A stretch of 63,418 nucleotides of DNA, the filler included, from Aduncisulcus paluster (lineage: Eukaryota): NCBI GenBank assembly GCA_024181965.1. It is 12 parts of 12 records of this genome, joined end to end, with 100 filler letters (N's around TTAATTAATTAA, not from the genome) between each part and the next. Parts side by side here need not be neighbours in the genome. Positions count along the whole stretch, not along the records: positions 24,724 to 38,068 come from BQXS01000501.1; positions 38,169 to 42,260 come from BQXS01000502.1; positions 42,361 to 43,500 come from BQXS01000504.1; positions 43,601 to 44,802 come from BQXS01000505.1; positions 44,903 to 45,983 come from BQXS01000512.1; positions 46,084 to 47,466 come from BQXS01000520.1; positions 47,567 to 56,927 come from BQXS01000522.1; 5 more parts are not named here. One strand, 5' to 3'. Shown piece after piece: positions 36,013 to 48,793 of the stretch (position 1 is its first letter; every line of letters begins with the position of its first letter). The position numbers and the translations under genes are program-made. A model generated the notes under the pieces. It was not told where the DNA came from and did no database searches. It saw nothing but the letters and a program-made list of their open reading frames with translations.

Positions 36013-38068
36013 TTACTCAATGGGATTAGGTGGAGTGCTCCAGGAAAGCAAAGCCTCAGCAAGAGCAATAAGAACTCTATCTCCACTCTTCTTGGCATTT
36101 TCTTTAACACTTAGACTTAGTGATTTCACATGATCTTTAAAATGTCTCATTTCCTTTGGATTAAACACAATATTATTTGACAAAGCACTCATAATAACAG
36201 TAATTTCAACAATAGCATTTCTGTGAGCCACGATACTTTCTTCTCCCTTCTCCAACCCATCTTCAGAAAACAAAGACATTAAAAACCTCTCTTCTAAGCA
36301 TTCTGACCATTCATGGGGTTGTAATTGGAAATAAAACAATCGATTCAATTTAGATGATTGTTTATCAAATTGTTGAATGAATTCTACCATTCTCCTAAAG
36401 CCAAGAATGGAAGAAACTTCCCAGAAGGAGTCGGCAAGATGAGGAACAGAATCGAGAGGAATTTCAGTAATACACAAACAATCACAAACTCCACAAAGAG
36501 AAGTTGCAAGCTTATTCCTTAATCGTTGATTCATAATTGCTTCAGGATCCAAACAAGAAGGAGAAGATATTTCACTTTCACATTGAATAGGCTTCTTGTC
36601 AGGAGAGGTCTCCGTTTGCTGTCCAGCGCATACACTTGTGCTGCTCGTTGATGTACTCGTTGATGTACTCGTTGATGTACTCGTTGATGTACTCGTTGAA
36701 GACGTGGTCTGTGTAGCCATATAGACATAAACCCGTTTTCCCTTCTTCTTCTTCCTCGTCTTCCTCTTCCTCATCGACTTCCTCTTCTTCATCGACTTCC
36801 TCTTCTTCATCGACTTCCTCTTCATCAACACAAACGGGATCTATCTTCTTGCCAAAGGTCATAGATTGAGGAATTCCGGCAATGTCGATTCCCTCTTTCT
36901 TTTCTTGCTCAATTAAATTGTCCATCCAGATAGCTAAATGAGGGATAACAAGTGAGGAAATTGAATGTTTTGAGGATTCTTCAACTTGTGCTTTGTACAA
37001 AAGTATTATGGTTTCAAGCAGATCAGGGAATTCAAATATCATATGTTTTGCTCCATATTGGATAAGAATAAAGTTAAATAATAACGGGAAGTTACCTGAA
37101 ATGTTTGAGACGAGGTTTGTAGCAAAATCATCACAATTAATCAAATATTTATGAATAATCTCCATGGTTCTTTTAACAATCTTGATCATCGATGAGATAT
37201 ATCGTTTCTCACGGGAGAAAGGAAGGAAAAGCTGATGGGCAATTGTGCACAATGGCATGATCATTTCACATGCACTATTCGAGGCAATGCGATCAATAGA
37301 ATCATTCGAAGCAATCTTTGTGATCAAATTGAGAAGATCTTTTCTCCTTTGCACTAACATGAAGGATACCGATTGACCCCGGAAGAATTGAGAAATCATC
37401 AAAAAGGGCTTCTTTTGAATATTGGTATATACGGAAGGCCAATATTCACAGGTCGCATTCAACACAGAGCAGACACGTACAATCCATCCTGGGTGTTTTG
37501 TGGGATGATTTTCAACATATACTGCAAAAGTTAACAATATTTCGTCCACCAAAGCAGTGTAATTAGTAGGAAGAGAAGTGGTAGATGGGTTGATGATTGA
37601 ACTTTTTGAAGAAGAAGGCTTAAGCTTGCCACTTGAAGCATCATAATATAATTCAGAACAATTGGCACAACCGAATATCCACGAACAGACAAGTCTTTCA
37701 AGACAGTTCGAAATCCTTGCTTGGATACACTGACTCAAATCCTCACTCTGCAGGCCTTTAGTATTAAATCCTTCATATAATACCACTTTGCCGGAACAAT
37801 GAGGAGTTGGGTGCTCATCATCACTCACAAAATCAAGATCATCTCGAGTATACTGTTTTAATACACCCATGGAGACAGCAGAATCTTCCCCAGTTACTGT
37901 AATTTCCCCTCCCTGACCCTCATGTTCTTCCTCACCCTCATGAGCTTGTGATTGGAGTGATTGTTTAAGGTTGAAAGGAAGCTCCCACTTGAAATCGCCA
38001 GGATATTCACTATGTGTGGATATTTGTTGCTGAAGGCAAAAAAATTTCGCGACAAAGCCAACGATTTT
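36013..38068 (-). CDS. 5'-truncated helical-repeat hypothetical protein with one frameshift in a tandem-repeat tract (~36640-36830)
   Basis: The frame is open from the contig edge through 36599-37870 and overlaps a second-frame ORF at 36013-36831. Confidence 0.6.
36645..36825. repeat. Coding minisatellites: 12-bp CTCGTTGATGTA x4 and 18-bp CATCGACTTCCTCTTCTT x3
   Basis: Directly visible tandem units. Confidence 0.9.
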
Positions 38069-38168
38069 NNNNNNNNNNNNNNNNNNNNNNNNNNNNNNNN
38101 NNNNNNNNNNNNTTAATTAATTAANNNNNNNNNNNNNNNNNNNNNNNNNNNNNNNNNNNNNNNNNNNN

Positions 38169-38891
38169 AATATTACGGATAACACTGCCAAGGGTAAGCA
38201 AGGACAAATTAATCTTGGTGGATTCGGCCTTTCGTTGATAATTAACCTTTCCATCTTTGCCAATGCAAGCATCAGCACCCTCAGAACCAGCCAGATCAAC
38301 AAGGTGAAGCTTGGCGGTCTTCAGAAGCTCTTGCCCATCCCTAGTGGTCTCTTTGATAAGCGTAGTGATAGTAAATATGCAATGGGAACGTGAGGAAGCA
38401 CGATTAGAAAAGGTTTCTGCAACAGATCTCTCATGACTACTTTTGCGAAGATGGTCAAGGACTTCTGAAGAGTTTGTAACTGTGAATTCTTGGAGACCAT
38501 GGACAACAGCCTCAATTTTATCAGTGGCACCTTTCCGTTTCGAGCGACGTGTTAACAACCTCAAAGTTTGCTTCTTTCCAGCAAGAAGATCATACAATTC
38601 TTCTTTATACACCTCTAAATGTGATATTTTGACAGTGTAATCACTCTTGGATTTCTCTAATGTTGTGAAGATCTCATGAATTGCTCTGGGAATCATTCCA
38701 GATTCTGCTGTGATTTCAGTTGTTTTTTTCAGAACCAAAGGGACCGGATGTCCTTCCATCGTATATGTTTTCCCGGTACCAGTTGGCCCGTAGGCAAACA
38801 CTGTACATGAGAATCCGTTTAAAAATTGTTTAATAATAGGTGAAACAGTTCCCTTATAAACTTCTTCTTGAGTTGAAGTGGGGTGGTACAC
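38169..38891 (-). CDS. Kinesin motor-domain fragment, kinesin-5/BimC-like
   Basis: CTVFAYGPTGTGKTYTMEG, GMIPRA, NRASSRSH, LVDLAGSE and INLSLLTLG. Both ends are missing. Confidence 0.9.
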
Positions 38892-38894
38892 TTA

Positions 38895-40476
38895 AAAGAG
38901 GTATCTTCAGGGTAGATACTACCATCAGAAGAATACTTTGGAATACAATACAATGCAATAGAACTTCATACTATGATTCAGACAAATTGAGTTCTCTATC
39001 GCATGAAGCAAGAGCTGTGGCATCAAAATTGTCAGGTTTGTCCTCACATTCAATTTTAGTGTAAGAAATACATAATGCTGGGTCATCACTGCAATCAGAG
39101 AGATCAATACCAAAGACTTCAGAAGAATCTCCAAAACTAGCTAAATTTCCCCAATATGATTTGTCAGCTTGTGATTGNNNNNNNNNNNNNNNNNNNNCTA
39201 TGTTCAGACAAATTGAGTTCTCTATCGCATGAAGCAAGAGCTGTGGCATCAAAATTGTCAGGTTTGTCCTCACATTCAATTTTAGTGTAAGAAATACATA
39301 ATGCTGGGTCATCACTGCAATCAGAGAGATCAATACCAAAGACTTCAGAAGAATCTCCAAAACTAGCTAAATTTCCCCAATATGATTTGTCAGCTTGTGA
39401 TTGTTTAAGAACAATCTCTCTTGCTCTCTCACAAACAGTGTAATCGTCACATGGTGTGCCCTTAACGAAAGACACATACATCATATTATCCACAATAATA
39501 GCATTCTCTCCAACAGAACTCATATCAAGTTCCCTAGCACCTGAAGTTATAGAGTACACGTCACCATCATAGTCCGTCACAGAGTAACCCAGAGGTCCAG
39601 GAACATCAACATAGGTGGAACTCTTATGAGTGACGTTCGACTGGTACAGGACAATTGAAGAGTAAGTGTTGGAGCTTGCAGAAGCGTTGACCATTGTGAC
39701 AGCTGTCAGGATACACATTGTCTTCTGGGAAGTATCAGTGTACTCGTCGATGGAGATCCAATGGTAATGAGGAAAGATTGTTGAGAAACTGTTCTAATTG
39801 ATGCGTCAGAAGTGCTAAAGTTGGTCCAAGTTGAGCTTATAAAGCCTTCACCACCCAAGATGCTACCACCATCCCTGCCAAGGAAAGGTTCGACAAGGAC
39901 TTCTTTATACAGGGCCATGACATCGTTAGAAGGCGGGATCACTGTAGAAATGTCAGAAGTGGATACAGAATAGGAAGAATCACCAATAGCCATGTTTACA
40001 TAGTTAGAGGAGAGGGTTTCATCGGCAGAGAGAAACTGTGCATTATCTCCACTGGAATCAAAGAAAGAAAGGGTATTGTGGGAGAACTGATCGGCTTGTA
40101 GAGCAGTGGAATGGACATGAATGTCACATTGAGCTTCTCCAAGAAGACAGTCTTTCTGAGCGCTTTTCAAATGTATGAATTCCCATTAGCATCATTATTC
40201 ACCATGGAATGCGTGATTTGTTGATTAATAAGTGACCCATCGTCAGATATTGTTACAAATTGGCCGTCAGTAGGGAAAGGAAGAGTCACGAAAGTTACTG
40301 CTGATTCACTCCTTGAAATGAGTACAAATCCTTCTGAAATAGCAGATTTAACAGAAACATCTTCTGTGATGTTGAGAAAAGAACATCAACAGAAAGGATA
40401 CCGTCTTTAGTCCAGCATAAAATACCTTAAATTCATACAAAAAGGTGAATTCATTGTTGCTTGATGTTGTGGACAT
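38895..40476 (-). pseudogene. Multiply frameshifted Ser/Asp/Cys-rich surface-type protein (low-quality sequence or pseudogene)
   Basis: Consecutive coding-like frames break near 40375, 40170, 39715 and 38970; a gap duplication flanks 39178-39197. Confidence 0.5.
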
Positions 40477-40725
40477 TTAAGTCTTATTATCTGATACATG
40501 TCGAATAAAATATCCATTATAATATTTGTTTCATGTAATTTATTTAATGTATTCATCTTCATTTAGCTATATTTGCAATCGCTGTTGCAACTCCTCTGTT
40601 TGATTTTTTTCAAAACTAATAAAAGGCAGATTAACCTAATATATAGCTATTAAGCAATTTTTATTTAATTTTAAGCTGATATATTTCCTTTTTCTTCTCT
40701 TCGACATAAACGACCCTTTTTTGTC

Positions 40726-42260
40726 ATGAAGAAATGCACAGCAGAAGCAATAACTTGTTGTGAGAGCATTTCTTGGGGGTTGATAAGATTTCGATACAAA
40801 ATATTATCAATCCCCGATTATATGCTCTCACAACAAGTTCTTCTTAGAATAGAAAATTCGTTAGAGGAACTATTGGTATCATTGTCACCAATAGTTCCTC
40901 TAACAACGTTCAGCAATTTGATCGATGCAGAAAAGATGCACGTTCTTTTCTGCATCGATCAAATTGCTGAAACTCTGTATCATATTGAAGGACATCTATC
41001 ATCTGCTTGTAATCGGATGATAGATGTCCTTCACAGCTTTGACAGCATTGCCCTCCGGGCAATTGCTGTCACAACGGATTCTGGTTCTTTTACTCGTTCA
41101 ATCAGCAATAATAGTACAATTTGGGCTATTTGTCGGGCAGCTGCATTCCTTCTTGCCCACTCCAACCCTTTGCAGCGGCCTGCCCTTAAACTTGTCATTT
41201 CTGCGTGCCATACTTGGGGCTCTTTCCTTCCTTCTCTACCTCTGGATGTTAAAAACAAGGTATTAACTAATTCTGAGAGAGAACATGAATATATGGAAGT
41301 TCTTTGGAGACTATGGACTATTCAAGAGAAAGACGAACAAGAATCACATCTCCAACCCGTCATTCCTTTCGATGAACTCCTTTTGTCAGCTCCCGTGGCC
41401 AATGATTCCCATCCCAAGGTGTATGATTCCCTCGCTACCGGTTTAATTGGTCTGGTTGAAGATAAAGAGATATCTATTGAGCATTCAGCCTCCCCAACCC
41501 CATCATTCAAACGATTGTCCTCTCGTGGTCGAGTTATGAAACAATTTGAAGAGGATATGGCCAGAATAGATGAGGATTGGAACATGGATTCAAGTTCTAT
41601 ATTCTCCCTTCGCCTTCCTCCTTTCCCTGTAATATCTCATTGTATTTCCATGTCTTCACATCCTGTATCTTTCTGTAGATCTCTGTTGATGTTCTCCTCT
41701 TCAGCATCCATCAATGAAATAGCCTCTGTCGGAAGTAGATTCGAACAATCGATCAAGACAATCCATAGAGTCTATAATTTACATGAGATCCCAGATACAC
41801 GTTCCTCCATGACACTCTCCTCCCTTGAATCGGCATCAAGCGTGTCCTTATGGGATTTCTCAACGATATTATTGGCTCTGACATCAGTTAATGATAATAC
41901 ACGGAGGAAAGCAACTTCTGTTTTTAGAAGATGTCGTCTCGTAGCCTCTTGGTTCGGCGATTCTGTTTCTTCCTTTTCCTTCTCAAATGAAGAAGAAAAA
42001 ACGATTGTATTTACCGACCCTTTGGAGAATGATATGCTTGCTCTCTCCTCTACTATCCCTCTATGGGCTGTGTGTGAAGACAATCATGCTTATTGTAATG
42101 TAATTGAATCGGGAGATAAGTTATCTATTGTATCTCCAGCTTTGAGAGAGAGGAGAGGACAACGCCAGGAAGGCAAAAAGGTTTCGTCAAAAGAGAAAGA
42201 GGGAGAAGAAGGAAGAGAAGAAGAAAGAGAAGATGATAGATTTACGATTGAAGATCTAGA
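40726..42260 (+). CDS. Hypothetical protein, 3'-truncated
   Basis: ORF of more than 500 aa running into the linker. Confidence 0.7.
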
Positions 42261-42361
42261 NNNNNNNNNNNNNNNNNNNNNNNNNNNNNNNNNNNNNNNN
42301 NNNNTTAATTAATTAANNNNNNNNNNNNNNNNNNNNNNNNNNNNNNNNNNNNNNNNNNNNA

Positions 42362-42805
42362 CTCGCTATCTGTGTAATTATTCCAGGATGCTTTTCAGTT
42401 TTTTTTGTTGGGGATGATGGACAGTATGGTGGAACCCCCGGAGTTCTTGTCACATTTTCAACGGCAGCTCTGTATGATGCTATATTTCTTGGTCTTGGAC
42501 CATACTTTGTATCCTATATGGATAGTTTACAAATTCCTGATTTTGAGCAGAAGATTACTTTTGGAATCGGTGAAGCAGATGTAAAGCTTTCGGATTTCAC
42601 AATTACTTCATTTGCTTTTTTTCCTGATGATGACGTGCTTATTTCTGCTGAACCTGGCATAGATGGTGTGTATGTAAAGGCTTCAGGGGCCAGTATTGCC
42701 GTGAATGTGGGATATTCTATCAAATTATTGACTTATCCGTTCACTTCATTTTCTGGACAGGCTTCCCTTAGTGTTGGGAGTTTAGGACTTTTAACGATAA
42801 TATAA
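42362..42805 (+). CDS. BPI/LBP (TULIP) family protein, N-terminal fragment
   Basis: Hydrophobic leader, then TPGVLVTFSTAAL...SLQIPDF...VKLSDFTITSF, matching the BPI N-terminal pattern. It ends abruptly. Confidence 0.7.
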   Translation, partial: LAICVIIPGCFSVFFVGDDGQYGGTPGVLVTFSTAALYDAIFLGLGPYFVSYMDSLQIPDFEQKITFGIGEADVKLSDFTITSFAFFPDDDVLISAEPGIDGVYVKASGASIAVNVGYSIKLLTYPFTSFSGQASLSVGSLGLLTII

Positions 42806-42818
42806 TTCGAAAGATAGA

Positions 42819-43500
42819 CTATCTCCAAACGGAAATCTTTCCATTGCTATAGGAGACTGTAATTTTCCCATCTTCTTCCGTTACTGCTCTAACCTCACTC
42901 AATTCCCTTTCACCATACCCATCTTCAATCCACATCAAAGCAGTGGGATTATCAGATGTTAGTTCGGTATAAGGATCGCGAAGACCAATTTCAGTGGTAC
43001 ATGTGAACATGGCACGCACAGTGCTCCCTAAAATTCGTGATTTTTGGGGATTAGTGAAGTCAACCACCCTGACATAACCATCTGAACTCCCAATTGCAAT
43101 ACATTCGCCCACAGAACACATGGAAAGTATCCGATTCCGAGGCAAAAGAGGTTGCGGAAGAGAGATAGGAGAGAGAGGGAAAGGTATTTTGAGAGGATTC
43201 TTCATAATTTTAGCAAGGACATGTTCGATAATACTGCTCTTGATGTCGTCACGAGAAGAGCTTGATTGTTGCTCTCCCGTCTCATCGAAATAAGATCTGT
43301 ACGACCCAGGCGTTGGAAGAGACAAAGGTTCAGCAAGCATTTGATTGGTTTCTGTACTGCCATATTCCTTATCCTTGGGCCCAAGGTCATCATCAGAGGT
43401 TGATGGAGAGGAAGAAGGCGATGGATCCAAAGATAATGAGAATTCTCTCATCGCTTTGTCAGCGTTCTTCATTCTCTCTTTCTCTTTGCGCCTTTCCAAC
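42819..43500 (-). CDS. Fragment with WD40-like strands
   Basis: IAIGSSDGYVRVVDF and ITVSYSNGKISVW. Confidence 0.6.
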
Positions 43501-43600
43501 NNNNNNNNNNNNNNNNNNNNNNNNNNNNNNNNNNNNNNNNNNNNTTAATTAATTAANNNNNNNNNNNNNNNNNNNNNNNNNNNNNNNNNNNNNNNNNNNN

Positions 43601-44802
43601 GATTGACCGATACAACTATACCTTCTCTTCCTTCTCTTGAGTATTTGGACCTGGACCTCTCATATTACTCCTCTATTACTGTCGTTCCTGACCTTTCCAC
43701 TGTTCCTAAGTTACGTTCTTTGATATGGGGGTCTTCGATCTCTGACTTCTCAAATTTGGTAACTCCATCAAGTCTTCAATTATTACAAATTTCTACATAC
43801 GATATCTCTGATTTCACCCAATTTTCGAGCGTTATTTCATCATTGGTCGGTTTGATAGATCTTGATGTTACTTTAAACTTTCCTATCGAAAGTTACCCAT
43901 TTGAGGTACATTCATTTGATCTTAGTGGGGCAACTTCCATAAAGTACTTTAAATTATCTGGACGCTATCTGAATGATATTTCAGAAGTTGTTTTACCTCC
44001 ATATGCAAGAATATATAACCTGTATGCTTCAATTCTTCCAGATTTTTCATCGTTGACCAATATAGAGGTTCTAATTCTCGATTATTCAAGTTTGTCAGAT
44101 ATTTCATGTTTATCTGAGTGTTGTCACACTTTGAAGGAACTAGATCTTTCTGATACTTCTGTCGTTGATATTTCAGCTTTGGCTTCTTTCAATAGTCTTG
44201 TCAAATTAGATTTACGTTGGGTGAATGGAATTAGTGATATTTCCGCACTTTCAAATCAAACATCTCTGAAATATTTGAATTTGGGGGGAAATAATATTAG
44301 TGATATTTCTCCTCTGTCATCCCTTGTGAATTTAGAGTTTTTATACCTCTCCAATAATGCTATTTCAGATGTTTCTGCTCTTTCTGCCCTTTCTTTGCTC
44401 AAGGTTTTACACGTTGATGGAAATGATATCTCTGACATTTCTTCTTTTTCTGCTTTGGAATCTATTACTTACCTGGATATTGGTGATAATAGTATCATTG
44501 ATGCTTCATCACTTAGGTACCTCACTTCATTAAAGAGATTGATTTGTGGGGGCAATAATATAATCGATGGTTCGTTTTTAGCTCCTTTAACAAATATGAT
44601 GGAAATGTTTTGTTCCGGAAATAACATTTCAAAAATAGAACTTGATCAGCCACTTCCCATGTTTTATTTTTTAGCGTTGGGTGAAAATGCAATAACAGAT
44701 ATATCATTCCTTTCTCAAATGAAAAATATGGAAGGTATTGAATTATATGAAAATTTAATAGAGGATATTGGACCCATTACAGAACTGATTAACGCTACTG
44801 AT
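43601..44802 (+). CDS. Internalin/SDS22-like leucine-rich-repeat protein fragment
   Basis: Repeated 22-aa LxxLxLxxNxISDISxLxxLxx units. Confidence 0.92.
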
Positions 44803-44902
44803 NNNNNNNNNNNNNNNNNNNNNNNNNNNNNNNNNNNNNNNNNNNNTTAATTAATTAANNNNNNNNNNNNNNNNNNNNNNNNNNNNNNNNNNNNNNNNNN
44901 NN

Positions 44903-45983
44903 GTGTTGAAAAAACTTTCCTCGCTCTATGTTTCTGTGAGTCTTCATCATTCATTCGTCAAGTGTTGGATGTACATTATTCCAGACAAAAGCAGGGCGTT
45001 TCGGCAGAGAAACCGCATGAAACCGAAATGAAAAAAATGAAGCGAGAGTTGAGTGAGAAATTTGAGGAAGATTGTGACAGACGGACATTCTATGGATCAT
45101 GTAAAAGCGAGGATTATATGGATTTGTCGGGGAGTATTGGGATGAAAATGAGTGTTCTGAATGATTCTTTGGAGGCTATTTATGACTTCACAGCTAAAAC
45201 CCATTTCACGAATGAATCTGATTCTGCAACGATAAAAAACAATGTGAGTACATTATTATTGGCCATCAGACGTTATGAAGAAATGGAAGAGTCTTCGAGT
45301 GAGTCAGAGTCACTCGGTATTCCTGTTCAATCTGTTCCATCTGTTCTTCCTGAAGTTTTGAGTGATCATATATCCTTTGAAGTTGGGAAAAAGCAAGCTA
45401 TGACAAGAGATCGTCCAATCTCTGATTCTTTTGGTTCTCAACCAATCATTCATGGAGCCACTGATGGGAGTCTAAGTTTGGGAGATAGTAGCAGTGTGAG
45501 TGTCAGTGTGGGCATGTCGAGGGTGGGAATTGCTTCTAAAAATAGATCGCATAAAACTCAATTCGAATGGTTCGAGGTTGTTAAGGATAGTTCATTGTTA
45601 CGATTCCTTTTGCTTCAGTTCTATGCTGTTTTGAAAAATAATGCTCCAGATGGGTTAAGTATTGAAAATATTGTATTGCGTTCACGGTTCATACTTGCTT
45701 CCTTTGTGTTACCAACTATTCATTCAGCCCATTCGAGCGATAAACTTCTTTCTGCCGAAGATATTGTGAGTCGACATGAAGATGTTATTGGAACTCGAGG
45801 CTATTTCCATCATTTGTTCATTTCAGATAATGTTCTTAAGATCATGGAATATCCTCGACTATTCTCGCTGATCTGTGTTATTATTGCGGGATACATGTAT
45901 GAATTTATGACAGACAGTCGTGATCCTAGGTGTCTAATTTCTTCCTCAGAGGTTAACATTGTTCCATTTCAAAACATGAATTT
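44903..45983 (+). CDS. Internal fragment of a hypothetical protein
   Basis: Open frame spanning essentially the whole contig. Confidence 0.6.
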
Positions 45984-46083
45984 NNNNNNNNNNNNNNNNN
46001 NNNNNNNNNNNNNNNNNNNNNNNNNNNTTAATTAATTAANNNNNNNNNNNNNNNNNNNNNNNNNNNNNNNNNNNNNNNNNNNN

Positions 46084-47466
46084 TCATGGGCTATGTTCTG
46101 GAATGAATGTACTCAGTGTTCCCCGACAGATATAAACACTCGTCAGATGCTTTGCTCTTTATGTAAAAGCAAGCATGCTGTCAGGTCATTCTACTCCAAA
46201 GGATGGGAACATGCCGTTAAACGCCTTAAAACATTTCCTACATGCATAGCCGCGGCCTTGTTGAAACGTGTCCCTTCACAATTCTCTGTTGTTGCCGACA
46301 AGTTTTCTTCAACCATCATTTGTGATAGAGTCGTTCCTTTACTCTCATTGCCCCCTGAACTTGCCCTCAAACATAAGTGTGCGAGTGAGTTGATCAAGAT
46401 GCATTTCTCTGCTCATCTCCCTGCCAAGAAGCTTCCAAAAGAATGGATTTCCAAGATCATTGAGGAGATTGATCAGATCATTGAGCGACTCATCTCTCGT
46501 TCGCATGGCAAAGAGTTTTCTCTCTTGTCAGCATCCGAGCGTGATTTGATGCTCCAAAGCATTCGCGATCTCAATCACAAATTATCCTCCTTGCACAAAC
46601 CATCCCTCGTGATCGACCATGTTCTCAAACCAGAGGCAGAGGCCATCGTTGTTTGCTTGTGTGACGGCCTTGGCCATGAATTCCTTGCATCCGTGCGTGC
46701 TGCTGACTCTATCCGCCTCAAAGATATCTGTCTTCTCCATCACATCACGAAGAACTTTGTGATTGATCTTGATGAGACCGTTCGTACCGTGATGTTGAAT
46801 ATTCGTCGTTTGCTTGAGACTCATCGTTCCAACTTGTCCACATATATCCTCGACACATCCATTGGTGCCTCCCCATCGAATCCAAAATCCACCGATGTTG
46901 TTCCCGATGATATTGTTGTTCCCGATGATATTGGTGTTGATGAAGATGGCAGTGAGAGTGGCCCGATTGCCTCACTGGTTTTAGTTGCTACTGCTGATGA
47001 CGAGAGTTCGGGGGAGAAAAGTCCAGATCCCCTCGCCCCTTCTCTTCCTTCTGTCAGCAGACTGTCTGGAGCTCGTGCCCCTGCAATCCATCGTCTTCGT
47101 CTCTCCAGGACCTTCACCAAGGACGTGTCCTTGCATTCTGTGCACCATGCTTATGCCCTCCAGCACGATCCAGACCTTGCCCGTAAGATTGAAGAGACAT
47201 TGCTTTGCACTGACAATCTATTCCCTTCTCGGCTTAATTCCCATGAGTTCACCATCTGTCCGTCGTCATGTATCAATCTTTCTCTTCCATATGCTTTCGA
47301 TGCTCCTGGTCGTCGGACAGTCATGCAACACCATCTCCAACGGGTTATCCGTCAGATGGGCAGACGAGTCAGTGCAGATGACATCCTGAGGCCCATTCTC
47401 AATGCTTTTGTTCCTCCTCTTACTCAGGTCATGGAGTATGGTCTGAAGGAAGAAGACATGTACAAG
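46084..47466 (+). CDS. Internal fragment of a hypothetical protein with CxxC...CxxC at its start
   Basis: Open frame across the contig; CTQC and CSLC may bind Zn. Confidence 0.6.
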
Positions 47467-48016
47467 NNNNNNNNNNNNNNNNNNNNNNNNNNNNNNNNNN
47501 NNNNNNNNNNTTAATTAATTAANNNNNNNNNNNNNNNNNNNNNNNNNNNNNNNNNNNNNNNNNNNNCACCATGAACTGATGCACATGGAGAACAGTGCAC
47601 GTGTATCCTTGTCTCATGCTATTCAACATGTCGAAGAGAGGAAACCATTCCTTCCCCATTGTGCAGAGATGTTTGGAGTTATTGATGAGATTAAAACAAT
47701 GTTCTTGAAGGTTATTGAGTGAATATTCCCAACCTTAGCTCGCACGATGATGATTTATAAGCTCTTTTGATGCTATAAGAAGGTCATTCTCAGGAGAATC
47801 ATGTTCTTGAGTTTGAATCTAGTAAATCCACTATTCTTGCATATCATCTATATTTTTTGTCATATTTTATTGAATTTCATGCATGTTTCATTTCTTCATA
47901 ATATTTTTTCTCGTCAATCCAATTCATCCAGAATGGCATTCAATCCAGCCTGGATTTTGGCTGCAAACTCAATTCTTAGTGAATTTTAAACATTCTATTT
48001 CTTGACGATAACAATA

Positions 48017-48622
48017 ATGCCAGACAAAAAAGTTGGATATTTCGGAATTGGAGGAAAACTTGCCATGTTAACCGTCCTTTTTTGTTCACCATTCATTTTG
48101 TTGGATGTTTTTTCTCTCGTCAATCTTCCATGGCCCCCATACTTCCCCGCTGAGCGACGTAACATTTTTGGTTTCGTTATGATTGGATGTGGAGTTGCTT
48201 GTTTAATTGCCTCTGCAATCCAACACGCGAAGTTTTTCCCCAAAGATAAACTATGTACCTCTGGTGTTTACTATTGGTGCCAACACCCCATATATTCGGC
48301 ATGGATATTGTTTTTAATTCCAGGCTTTGTTGTCATCTTTGGTCGAACCTGGTTATTGCTTATTTGTCCGTTTCTCACTGCTCTTGCTCTCAAGTTATTG
48401 ATATCTGAGGAAGAAAAGGATCTAACACGAATGTTTGGTGATGATTATCTTATCTATAAGGCCAGTACCCCGATGATCGTTCCTCTTTTCAAGATATTCA
48501 AACGTCCACCCAAAAATATTCATCCCACTTCGTCTGACAACATATGTTCAAAGAAAGGCAGCACCACCAAACATTCGAAAGGCGAAACGACAGAATTTCG
48601 TCATAAAGGAAAGAAGAAGTGA
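48017..48622 (+). CDS. ICMT/PEMT-family integral-membrane methyltransferase
   Basis: LCTSGVYYWCQHPIYS and EEEKDLTRMFGDDYLIYKASTP, with about four TM segments. Confidence 0.85.
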   Translation: MPDKKVGYFGIGGKLAMLTVLFCSPFILLDVFSLVNLPWPPYFPAERRNIFGFVMIGCGVACLIASAIQHAKFFPKDKLCTSGVYYWCQHPIYSAWILFLIPGFVVIFGRTWLLLICPFLTALALKLLISEEEKDLTRMFGDDYLIYKASTPMIVPLFKIFKRPPKNIHPTSSDNICSKKGSTTKHSKGETTEFRHKGKKK

Positions 48623-48793
48623 TCTATCAGATGGAGTGGTTTGTCTTGTCTAGCAATGGAGAAATCGTGTTTATTTGCCAATGGGATGTTCATTCGTGCA
48701 GTATCAGTGTTTCATTCGAGTGTGTTATATTGATGCCACTAATAACTACAAACTTAATCATCTAAATAATTCTTTTGGAAATGGTGTCAATGG

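Noticed and set aside
36645-36825. Short periodic repeats as a CRISPR-like array
   Set aside because: There are no spacers; these are plain coding minisatellites in a eukaryotic gene.
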